Below, piece by piece: positions 27,824-35,310 of a DNA stretch of 50,987 bases. The translations under genes and the position numbers were made by a program. The stretch comes from a virus. Lineage: Duplodnaviria > Caudoviricetes. Location: IMG/VR virus record IMGVR_UViG_3300025382_000013, positions 1 through 50,987 of that record; one strand, written 5' to 3'. Position 1 is the stretch's first letter, and the number at the start of each line of letters is the position of its first letter. Under the pieces are notes generated by a model. It had not been told where the DNA came from. It did no database searches and was given only the letters and a program-made list of their open reading frames with translations.

Positions 27824-27986
27824 CAGAACCTAGAGGTTCTACTATAATCAAATAGTCGAACAGAGGGGGATGGACACCAAGGCTACCTGTTGTATTCATA
27901 CAACAAAATAGTTTGATCTTTTGGTTGACAAAGACCCCCGGCCTTGCTATAATACTAACATCAACAGCAAATAAGGAGCGAACCTA

Positions 27987-28343
27987 ATGAAGCTACACAT
28001 CACTACCCAGTACATGGAGAACTATGGCGCCCACGATTGGGATGGCCAAGGTGAGTGCCCTCAGTACTGGAAGTTCAAAGGCAGTGAGGACTTCTTCTAT
28101 CAGTTGGGTTCAGAAGTACCTAGCGATGAGCACCTAGCAGAGTTGGTAGAAGTCCTGCGCGGCCGCTTTGAATATGATCACGAAGGTGCCCGTAACTACA
28201 TGACAGGTTATGGTGTAGTGGCAGATGACTTCATGACTGAGTTCGAGCAGAGCCAGTTGGATTACGAAGGCCGTATCGCTTACCCAGCTGTGATGCTACA
28301 GCCCTTGGCGGAAGTTGAAGACAATTATTATTTTGGAGCTTGA
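27987..28343 (+). CDS. Early conserved phage protein
   Basis: TQY.ENYGAHDWDG.GECPQYWKFKG motif. Own promoter and RBS. Confidence 0.75.
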   Translation: MKLHITTQYMENYGAHDWDGQGECPQYWKFKGSEDFFYQLGSEVPSDEHLAELVEVLRGRFEYDHEGARNYMTGYGVVADDFMTEFEQSQLDYEGRIAYPAVMLQPLAEVEDNYYFGA

Positions 28344-28344
28344 T

Positions 28345-28596
28345 ATGTTATTAGAAGATCAATTTTGCCGTATAGAGTACAAAGGACAGGAGTATGACAG
28401 CCGTCATGGTGGCCCGTTTGATAGAGGCTCAGCAGACAGTTGGTATAGCCGTCCATTCAATCCTCACTTCTACAAGGGTGGAACCTACGAAGGTCCCCGT
28501 GTGGAATTGGCAGATATGACTGTAGAAGAGATCCTAGCTTACACCGCAGGCTATCACTGGAATGAGAAGTTCGGCGGGAAGAAAGATTACGATTAA
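28345..28596 (+). CDS. Early conserved phage protein
   Basis: RHGGPFDRG.ADS.Y.R...PH.Y motif. Start reassigned. Confidence 0.7.
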   Translation: MLLEDQFCRIEYKGQEYDSRHGGPFDRGSADSWYSRPFNPHFYKGGTYEGPRVELADMTVEEILAYTAGYHWNEKFGGKKDYD

Positions 28597-28675
28597 CCCT
28601 CCAAAGTGAATGGGATTTGACTGAGTGTCCAAAAGACAGTATAATTGATACATACAGACACAAAAGGAGCAGACA

Positions 28676-28879
28676 ATGAGAGAAGACACTTTAACCGTAG
28701 CAGACCTAATCGCAATCCTCAGCAAGGTAGATCCTACTTTGCCCGTGAAGATGGCTATGAATCAAGAGTACGAGTGTCCAGTGGAGGCAGACATGGTAGG
28801 TGTACGTGAATACGACGAAGGTCCTGTACTCTACATCAACGACGTCCTCAGCGACTACGAGGACGAGGATAACGGTTGA
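28676..28879 (+). CDS. Early hypothetical protein
   Basis: TV.DLI..L...DP..PV pattern. Own promoter. Confidence 0.7.
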   Translation: MREDTLTVADLIAILSKVDPTLPVKMAMNQEYECPVEADMVGVREYDEGPVLYINDVLSDYEDEDNG

Positions 28880-28935
28880 CGCCCAGCCCAAAAGGCGTTA
28901 TAATACTTACATCAACAGCAAATAAGGAGCGAAAA

Positions 28936-29145
28936 ATGACACAATTAAAAGACATGCAAGGTAAAGAGATCAAAGTAGGCGATCGTGTAGCAATGGTCAG
29001 CTATCACAATGCCGGTAGTCTTGTTATTGGGGTAGTTGAGAAACTAGGCACTGTTCGTGCTCAAGTTCGCCCTGTACAGGCCAGCTTCACTAACATCGTC
29101 CCTACAGTAGCCAGCATTGGCTCAACAGAGTTAATTAAACTCTAA
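28936..29145 (+). CDS. Early SH3/KOW-like small protein
   Basis: D..G.EI.VGDRV. Start reassigned after RBS. Confidence 0.65.
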   Translation: MTQLKDMQGKEIKVGDRVAMVSYHNAGSLVIGVVEKLGTVRAQVRPVQASFTNIVPTVASIGSTELIKL

Positions 29146-29207
29146 GGTTGACATACCCTCCAAAAGAGGGTATAATACTAACATCAACAGCAAACAAGGA
29201 GCGAACC

Positions 29208-29915
29208 ATGTTTAAGTTACTTTCTACAGCAAACCCTAAGATCCAAAAAGGTACTAAGATGGGCTACCTCAGCTTCATCCTGCACCTTGCACCAGCAGAC
29301 TTGAGTGGCAAAGAGACTTGCCCAAAGCGGACAGCTGGATGTACAGCGGCCTGTTTGAATACAGCAGGACGCGGCGGTATGTTCAAGCGAGGCGAGACGA
29401 CCAATATGATCCAAAAGGCTCGTATCCGCAAGACCAACTACTTCTTCAATGATCGCAGAGCCTTTATGATGGACTTGGTAGAAGACATCAGCAAGGCCAT
29501 CAAGTTCGCAGAGCGCAAAGGATTGACTCCAGTGTTTCGTTTGAATGGCACGAGCGATTTGAGCTGGGAGAAATACGAGTGCTATGATGTGGGCGCGGCC
29601 AATATCTTCGAAGCGTTCCCTAATGTACAGTTCTATGACTACACTAAGGTCTTAGGCCGTAAGGTCAAGCATATCCCTAACTATCACCTTACATTCAGCA
29701 AGGCAGACGGCAATGATGCTGATGTGGCTGAAGCATTAATGCAAGGCATGTCAGTGGTTGCTGTCTACGATAAGATTCCTGAAGGCGTTCCTAGTGCGGA
29801 TGAGACAGACTTGCGCTTCTTAGACCCTAAGGGCATTATGCTTGGTCTTAAGGCTAAGGGTCGTGCCAAAAAAGACTACAGCGGATTCGTAATTCGGTTG
29901 ACAGAGTCAGCTTAA
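29208..29915 (+). CDS. GP88-like conserved phage protein (Cys-rich, possibly Fe-S)
   Basis: CP..T.GC...CL..AGRG, RLNGTSD..W, QFYDYTK, NYHLTFS, D..DLRFLDP, LKAKG.A. Confidence 0.6.
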   Translation: MFKLLSTANPKIQKGTKMGYLSFILHLAPADLSGKETCPKRTAGCTAACLNTAGRGGMFKRGETTNMIQKARIRKTNYFFNDRRAFMMDLVEDISKAIKFAERKGLTPVFRLNGTSDLSWEKYECYDVGAANIFEAFPNVQFYDYTKVLGRKVKHIPNYHLTFSKADGNDADVAEALMQGMSVVAVYDKIPEGVPSADETDLRFLDPKGIMLGLKAKGRAKKDYSGFVIRLTESA

Positions 29916-29959
29916 TCAGATATAATACTAACATCAACAGCAAATAAGGAGCGAAACTT

Positions 29960-30145
29960 ATGAACTCAAAACTCTATGCATTCTGCGATAGCATCGTAGC
30001 AGGCGTTGGATTCTTTCTAGTGTTTGGCGTGTCAGGCGCATTGGACACGGCAACAGACAGCCAATTGTTCCCACTCACATTGATTGCCATCGCAGGCTTG
30101 GGCTTGTTCTTTGCAGGCATCAATGGCTTAACCACTCGTCGATAA
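29960..30145 (+). CDS. Early small membrane protein
   Basis: Two TM helices and own promoter. Confidence 0.65.
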   Translation: MNSKLYAFCDSIVAGVGFFLVFGVSGALDTATDSQLFPLTLIAIAGLGLFFAGINGLTTRR

Positions 30146-30154
30146 GGAGATATC

Positions 30155-30445
30155 ATGCTAACCATTAGAGAAGTCAATTCAGCCATCATGCTACAGACCT
30201 GGACGGATACGGAACTCCGTAGCATGATTGATGCAGTCAAATGGAACCGTGCTCAACTGGTCAACCAAGTCAAACGCTCAATCCGTCGGGGCGATAATGT
30301 AGAGTTCACCAGCTCAAAGACAGGACGTTTGACACGTGGCTTCGTCACAAAGATTGCTATCAAATACGTCACAGTTGATACGGGCATGGGCTTGTGGCGA
30401 GTGCCAGCCAATATGCTAGCCCTGGTTGACAAAGAGACGGCCTGA
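30155..30445 (+). CDS. Early SH3-like protein
   Basis: GD.V.F......G.V.KI..K...V......WRVP...L. AAGGAG RBS. Confidence 0.7.
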   Translation: MLTIREVNSAIMLQTWTDTELRSMIDAVKWNRAQLVNQVKRSIRRGDNVEFTSSKTGRLTRGFVTKIAIKYVTVDTGMGLWRVPANMLALVDKETA

Positions 30446-30485
30446 CTGTATAATTAAGACTTAAACAACACACAGGAGCGAACCT

Positions 30486-30680
30486 ATGCGTACACAAACT
30501 AACCGGCTAATCGACATGATGGACGAGGGCCTTATCAGTGCCCAATCCGTTGCAGAGATGGCCCTTGCTTACATGAGCGAAGATGATGTTGCAGACATGA
30601 TGCGAGCTAACGACATCCTGGACGAAGAGTCCGACCCAATGGATGACTTCAATTATGTGGGCAGTAGACATCATTATTGA
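30486..30680 (+). CDS. Early hypothetical protein
   Basis: YMSEDDV.DM...N and DDFNYVGSRHHY. Confidence 0.7.
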   Translation: MRTQTNRLIDMMDEGLISAQSVAEMALAYMSEDDVADMMRANDILDEESDPMDDFNYVGSRHHY

Positions 30681-30743
30681 GTTGACACAAGGCCCAAACG
30701 GCAGTATAATTACTACTTCAACAGCAAATAAGGAGCGATACTT

Positions 30744-31067
30744 ATGATTACAGCAGAACAGATCCGTGCAGGTAAGGTGCTAGCAGAGCAAGCAGGCCGC
30801 GCAGAGTACGCCAAGTGGGGCGGTGACCGTGGAGCTTGTGGCTTTGCTTGGGTAGAGGTCTACGTGGATCGTACCAACTCAAAGCAGGCCAAAGAGCTGA
30901 TTGCCGCAGGCTTCCGCAAGGACTACAAACCCAAATGCTTGAGCATGTGGGATCCAGCTGGCTTGCCCGTGCAGAACATCGACATCAAAGAAGCTGGCGC
31001 CTATGCTTACGCCAACTACCTCTCTGCTTTGGGCTTGAAGGCCTACGCAGGTAGCAGACTAGACTAA
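30744..31067 (+). CDS. Early conserved phage protein
   Basis: CGFAWV, Q....KEA.A.AYA..L...G..AY..SRLD. Confidence 0.7.
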   Translation: MITAEQIRAGKVLAEQAGRAEYAKWGGDRGACGFAWVEVYVDRTNSKQAKELIAAGFRKDYKPKCLSMWDPAGLPVQNIDIKEAGAYAYANYLSALGLKAYAGSRLD

Positions 31068-31134
31068 CCAATTCAAGTGACACGGAGTCAACTCCGTGTT
31101 ATAATTAATACTCACAACAGATACAGGAGCGTAT

Positions 31135-32025
31135 ATGGCAAAGGTTGTTACTAGTAAGATGCTTATGGCACTACAAAGCGAAACTAAATCATTGGAAGTG
31201 GACAAGACAGCGATCAAGGCCAAAGAGCTGGCTTTGAAAAGCGAAACAGATGAGCAGATCTTGGATCGCTTGCGTGAACGCTTTGAGATCTTAGACGACA
31301 TGACTCGTGCGGTCAAGAAGGGCGATGTTAAGGCCATGATCGTAACTGGCCCTCCAGGTGTTGGCAAATCCTTTGGTGTTGAAAAGGTCTTGAGCAAGCA
31401 TGATGTGTTCGCTACTGTAGCACAGGATGAAAAGCTCAAGAAGTACGAAGTGGTCAAGGGTGCTATGAGTGCCATTGGCTTGTACTCAAAGCTCTATCAC
31501 TTCAGTGACAAGAAGAATGTTCTAGTGTTTGACGACTGTGACAGTATCCTATTGGACGACTTGAGCTTGAACATTCTCAAAGCCGCATTGGATACCAGCA
31601 AGAAACGTACTATCAATTGGAACACTGATAGTTCATTGTTGCGCCGCGAAGGCGTGCCTGACTCATTTGAATTCAAAGGCGGTGCTATCTTTATTACCAA
31701 CATCAAGTTCGATCACGTTAAGAGCAAGAAGCTTAAGGATCACTTGGAAGCATTGGAAAGCCGTTGTCACTACTTGGACTTGACTATTGATACAGAGCGT
31801 GAGAAGCTCCTACGTATACAGCAAGTGGTCATGGAGTGTGGCATGCTGGACAGCTATGAGCTAGAGGACTATCAAAAGCAGGAAGTGGTAGACTTTGTAG
31901 CAGACAACACAGCACGTCTACGTGAGCTCAGCTTGCGTACAGTACTTAAGGTAGCGGACCTGCGTGTTAGTATGCCAGCCAAGTGGCGGGCTGTAGCTGC
32001 CATGACCTGTATGCGCAACAGCTAA
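31135..32025 (+). CDS. AAA+ P-loop ATPase
   Basis: Walker A GPPGVGKS, Walker B LVFDDCD, FITN, AL.SR arginine finger. Confidence 0.85.
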   Translation: MAKVVTSKMLMALQSETKSLEVDKTAIKAKELALKSETDEQILDRLRERFEILDDMTRAVKKGDVKAMIVTGPPGVGKSFGVEKVLSKHDVFATVAQDEKLKKYEVVKGAMSAIGLYSKLYHFSDKKNVLVFDDCDSILLDDLSLNILKAALDTSKKRTINWNTDSSLLRREGVPDSFEFKGGAIFITNIKFDHVKSKKLKDHLEALESRCHYLDLTIDTEREKLLRIQQVVMECGMLDSYELEDYQKQEVVDFVADNTARLRELSLRTVLKVADLRVSMPAKWRAVAAMTCMRNS

Positions 32026-32038
32026 CAGCAACAGTATA

Positions 32039-32194
32039 GGGTAGGGTACAGCAGATAGTAACCCACCCAGAGACTAGCCAACGATTCGCTCCCGGCAACT
32101 AGTCTCACTTAAAAGGTTCCGTAAGCCCGATTCGCTCCCGGCAGAACCTTTTGTGATCCTCAGGGGACTTACATGTTCTCTGGGGATTTTTTTT
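32039..32194 (+). ncRNA. Candidate anti-RBS small RNA (two hairpins with identical UUCGCUCC loops plus terminator)
   Basis: 16-nt repeat CGATTCGCTCCCGGCA at 32082 and 32128, in stems GAGACTAG/CTAGTCTC and AAAAGGTTC/GAACCTTTT. Confidence 0.6.
32156..32194 (+). terminator. Rho-independent terminator ending the early island
   Basis: ATCCTCAGGGGA/TTCTCTGGGGAT stem with G-U pairs on the plus strand, then a T run. Confidence 0.85.
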
Positions 32195-32388
32195 CTTCGG
32201 GGGACATGTAAAAGGAAAAAGATTTTGCGAGAGGGTGGGAGGCATGCAATTTATATCGCTGTTGTAAATCTGCAACAGCGCATGGGTACCGAACTATTTT
32301 CAGGGGTCTAAAAGCTCAAGTACTTCTTTATAATTTTTTACGCGGTAGAAATTTTGATCCCCTAGGACCCATTTGGCTATATACTAGT

Positions 32389-32520
32389 ATGGACTACGTT
32401 CTAGAACAATTCTTTTGGATCCTGCTTACCGGTATCAGCTGTGTACTAGTGATCCCGCCTATACATGCCTTGGGCTATTGGCTACAGCGTCTGCTAGGCC
32501 ACTCAGTTGACGAATCCTAG
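32389..32520 (+). CDS. Possible 43-aa membrane microprotein (leaderless)
   Basis: MDYVLEQFFWILLTGISCVLVIPP..., immediately after TTGATC..TATACT. Confidence 0.4.
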   Translation: MDYVLEQFFWILLTGISCVLVIPPIHALGYWLQRLLGHSVDES

Positions 32521-33193
32521 CAATATCTTCGCCAATTTTGATCTTTTTATCCAAGCCCGTAGTCTGTGCCAGTGTTTGGGCATGTTTCAATTTATCCGCA
32601 TCACTGACTAGTCCCGCTCCAGCACTATAGGCCTTTTCTGCACGATTTAACACATCATCTGCCTGTGCTATTAAAGGATTGCCTGTATTGCGTACAGCGC
32701 CACGCACATCGCCCTGTGCTAATTTTTGGCCCGTGTCTATAGCAGTAGTGACACGATCACTTCCTGGTACAAAATCTAGTGCAGTTTTGGCCGCATCCAC
32801 ATAGTTGCCCTGTGCCGCCGTTTGAGCAATATCAGCGCCCTTCACTGCCATACTTAAATTTTGCGCCAATCCGCCTCCAGCTATGCCAGCTACTGCCGTC
32901 AATGCGCCTTTGGCATCGCCTTTAGCAATACTAGTGGCCGCTTGTACTACAGTTAGCACTAGTCTAGTCTGTGGCAATAACTTGAGTGCTGTTATTATGG
33001 TAGGATGTGTTTTCATCCAACCGTTAACCGTGTCTACTATGCCCTTGGGTGATAATTCACTGACTCCGTCATCATCCTTGTCAATCTGTTTCAATAGAGC
33101 TACGGCTTCGTCATACTCCTTTTGACGCTGTGCCAACAACTCGGGTGGAGTTGGCTCAGTGTATAGTGTTTCAGTTATTTCTTTGATCAGCAT
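32459..33193 (-). CDS. Ala/Gly-rich late (putative virion) protein
   Basis: TAAATA at 33198-33203, MLIKEITE start, C-terminal EDIARIRQLSGL. Confidence 0.65.
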   Translation of the reverse strand: MLIKEITETLYTEPTPPELLAQRQKEYDEAVALLKQIDKDDDGVSELSPKGIVDTVNGWMKTHPTIITALKLLPQTRLVLTVVQAATSIAKGDAKGALTAVAGIAGGGLAQNLSMAVKGADIAQTAAQGNYVDAAKTALDFVPGSDRVTTAIDTGQKLAQGDVRGAVRNTGNPLIAQADDVLNRAEKAYSAGAGLVSDADKLKHAQTLAQTTGLDKKIKIGEDIARIRQLSGLADAVANSPRHV

Positions 33194-33285
33194 AAGATAT
33201 TTACCCAACTAGCTCAAGTACTTCTCAAAATTTTTTTGCGCTCAGAAAATTTGATCTTGTAGAACCCTTTGTGCTATACTAGTAT

Positions 33286-33510
33286 ATGAACAGCCATGTG
33301 ATCCTAGCACGAGTACTCTCGGGCATTATTAGCCTATTCCAAGCCAGCAATCTGCGTAACCGTGTCTACGAACAGTGCAATCGTATTGAATCACTAGAAC
33401 TGGCCATTGAGGACATAGCACGTATTGCTAGCAGTGACACTAGCCCAGAGCATAAAACACGACTTATTCTGCGTATATGTAGTTCTACAAGTCCCAAAAC
33501 TCACGAATAG
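33286..33510 (+). CDS. Hypothetical protein (leaderless)
   Basis: TTGATC..TATACT immediately upstream. Confidence 0.5.
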   Translation: MNSHVILARVLSGIISLFQASNLRNRVYEQCNRIESLELAIEDIARIASSDTSPEHKTRLILRICSSTSPKTHE

Positions 33511-33916
33511 CATCTTTGCTGTGTACCGCAGTCCAAGTCATTTCAGCACAGTATTCAAAGTGATCACGCAGTATGCGCACAGCTGGTATGGCACTATAAC
33601 TCAAGACAAAGTCATAGGCGCCCTGTCCAATGTCCGTATAGTATGTGGCTCTGATACCACGACGTGTACCAATGTCTGGAAATACACTACGAGTGAAAAA
33701 GCAAGTATTACCCAAGTCCAGTGCTTGACTGGGAGTGCGTAGAGTCATATAACGTTCAGCATAACTGGGTTCAGGTTGCCAGGGATTTTGATCAATCTTT
33801 TCAGCTAGAATTTTAACTATGTACTCGCGCACTAGGAGTGGACAGGTGAATCCATGCTGATCCCACGATTCAGTTAAGATGTCGCGTAGGCCATTATGGG
33901 CGGTCGGATTGGTCAT
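33485..33916 (-). CDS. Hypothetical protein
   Basis: LG.TCFF...VFP.....RG....YY...G..AY. Start uncertain. Confidence 0.6.
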   Translation of the reverse strand: MTNPTAHNGLRDILTESWDQHGFTCPLLVREYIVKILAEKIDQNPWQPEPSYAERYMTLRTPSQALDLGNTCFFTRSVFPDIGTRRGIRATYYTDIGQGAYDFVLSYSAIPAVRILRDHFEYCAEMTWTAVHSKDAIREFWDL

Positions 33917-33917
33917 G

Positions 33918-34124
33918 CTAGATCCTGCTGTTACCCCAATTGCCGCCAGCGTCACCATGTCCTATTGACACCACATCCACAGCATGATCTTTCAATCGTC
34001 GTTCACGTGTCTTGCGTTTAGCACGGGGCTTTTCCAACAGTCTTTGATCCTGGGCACGTTCTGAGCCCATGCCTAGGTCAGTGTTGGAGGCCCATTTGGT
34101 TTCTGTTATTTCTCTTATCAGCAT
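33918..34124 (-). CDS. Small late protein
   Basis: TAAATA at 34129-34134, MLIREITE start. Confidence 0.55.
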   Translation of the reverse strand: MLIREITETKWASNTDLGMGSERAQDQRLLEKPRAKRKTRERRLKDHAVDVVSIGHGDAGGNWGNSRI

Positions 34125-34148
34125 TGTGTATTTATTGGTCTAGGGCAA

Positions 34149-34236
34149 GCGTAACGCTGGTTCGCGTTTTTACGCTACGCTTCGCGTTATAAAATTTGTG
34201 CTGCCGCTTCGCGTGTAAAAATTTTTTCCGCTTCGC
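34149..34236 (-). repeat. Cluster of GCGNAGC mini-hairpin motifs with A/T tracts
   Basis: CGCTTCGCG at 34178 and 34205, CGCTTCGC at 34229, CGCTACGC at 34173. Confidence 0.6.
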
Positions 34237-34237
34237 C

Positions 34238-35284
34238 TTACAAGCCCACTGCTAGCGCCAACCATACCTTGCTGTCCACATACTGCTTGTTGACCACTTG
34301 ATTGGCCTGGCTAGGATTGGCTGTGACTGTTAGGGCACCCTGTACTGCTAAGGCTCCTGTAATTGTACCACCCTGTGTGCTGACAGGAGTATAGTTTAGG
34401 GCCGTTGTTACATCTTGACTAGTCAGCTGTGCCGCGGCAGTTACCAATCCCTTGCTGTTGACTGTGACTGATCCTGTATAACTGCCTGCTGTAACGCCTA
34501 TATTGGCCAAGGTCAAAATCAAACTAGTGGCACTCACATAGTTGGCTGTCTGTATGGTTATTGGAAAATTGTGACCTGCTGTGCTGACGTCGTAGCCAAA
34601 TGTTATTGCACCACTGCTGACAATATTGGTACATCTACAAGTGGTAAATGTTTGTGTGGAGCCATCTGCATAGGTCATTGTAATGGCATTGAACAGTTGA
34701 TACTGAAGATTGCCAAACTGTGTGGTTGTGTCCAATAAAGCCAAGAGCTGACTATTGGATCCCACATTCACTGTAGTTGTTCCTGCAACGGCTCCTGTAG
34801 TGGTATTGCCATAAATGTCCTGACTAAAAGTCTGCTTGTAGCCCGTGATTGCCAATGCGGTAGTACCTGTGGCATCACCTGACACACTAAGACTACTGCC
34901 TCCCGTTACCACACCTTTGCTGTTGACTGTTACTGCCGCATAACTGCCTGCTGTAACGCCTGAGTTGGCCAAGGTAACGTTAAAACTGTTGCCCAGGGTG
35001 CCTGTACCCGATACATCGCCCGTCAGTGCTATGGTGCTGTTAATGGCGGCAATCTGTTGATTAGTATAGTTTTGTAGTGTTTGAGTAAGACTGGTTTGCA
35101 CACCTGCTACATAAGCACTGACATAGGCCTGATTGGCCAGCGGAATACCGCCTGCTGTGCGTCCATCCAATAGGCGTAGCGTGGCATTGGTTTCATCATA
35201 GACAATTTCGCCCTGATTATAAGTCATGTTGCTGAGAGCACTGTAGGGATAATTTACTAGTCTAATACGGGCTTGTGGTTGCAT
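34238..35284 (-). CDS. Tail fibre-like structural protein
   Basis: Thr/Gly/Ser-rich. Duplicated TLAN.GVTAGSY..VTVNSKG.VT, ALNYTP, NKQYVD motifs. TAAATA at 35303. Confidence 0.7.
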   Translation of the reverse strand: MQPQARIRLVNYPYSALSNMTYNQGEIVYDETNATLRLLDGRTAGGIPLANQAYVSAYVAGVQTSLTQTLQNYTNQQIAAINSTIALTGDVSGTGTLGNSFNVTLANSGVTAGSYAAVTVNSKGVVTGGSSLSVSGDATGTTALAITGYKQTFSQDIYGNTTTGAVAGTTTVNVGSNSQLLALLDTTTQFGNLQYQLFNAITMTYADGSTQTFTTCRCTNIVSSGAITFGYDVSTAGHNFPITIQTANYVSATSLILTLANIGVTAGSYTGSVTVNSKGLVTAAAQLTSQDVTTALNYTPVSTQGGTITGALAVQGALTVTANPSQANQVVNKQYVDSKVWLALAVGL

Positions 35285-35310
35285 GTTGGGTCCTTGATAG
35301 TGTATTTACC

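Larger units (their letters stand above)
20683..31134 (+). promoter_or_regulatory. Array of about 24 sigma70 early promoters, most followed by a shared RBS leader
   Basis: -35 hexamers (TTGACA or variants) at about 20683, 21023, 21352, 21694, 21889, 22541, 22863, 23131, 23698, 24103, 24235, 24655, 25673, 26586, 27025, 27820, 27925, 28617, 28876, 29148, 29898, 30426, 30682, 31077. Each has N17-TATAAT or a close variant, mostly followed by an AC-rich leader and AGGAGC(GAA). Confidence 0.9.

Noticed and set aside
28876-29207. Shared N-terminal peptide IILTSTANKER in ORF-track proteins
   Set aside because: Artefact of TTG starts inside the -35 reading through the repeated leader. Real starts are 28936 and 29208.
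20683-31134. Recurring ~30-nt repeats as a CRISPR array or integron attC sites
   Set aside because: The repeats are promoter/RBS leaders separated by whole genes of variable length. No cas or integrase gene and no attC structure were seen.
32082-32143. 16-nt direct repeat as a mini-CRISPR or CsrA/Rsm sponge
   Set aside because: There are only two short copies. Terminator polarity indicates the plus strand, so the loops show CUCC rather than GGA, and the minus-strand CGGGA does not fit ANGGA.
34440-34980. ~60-nt duplication in the tail-fibre-like gene as a DGR TR/VR pair
   Set aside because: Both copies are in-frame structural repeats, differences are not adenine-specific, and no RT is present.
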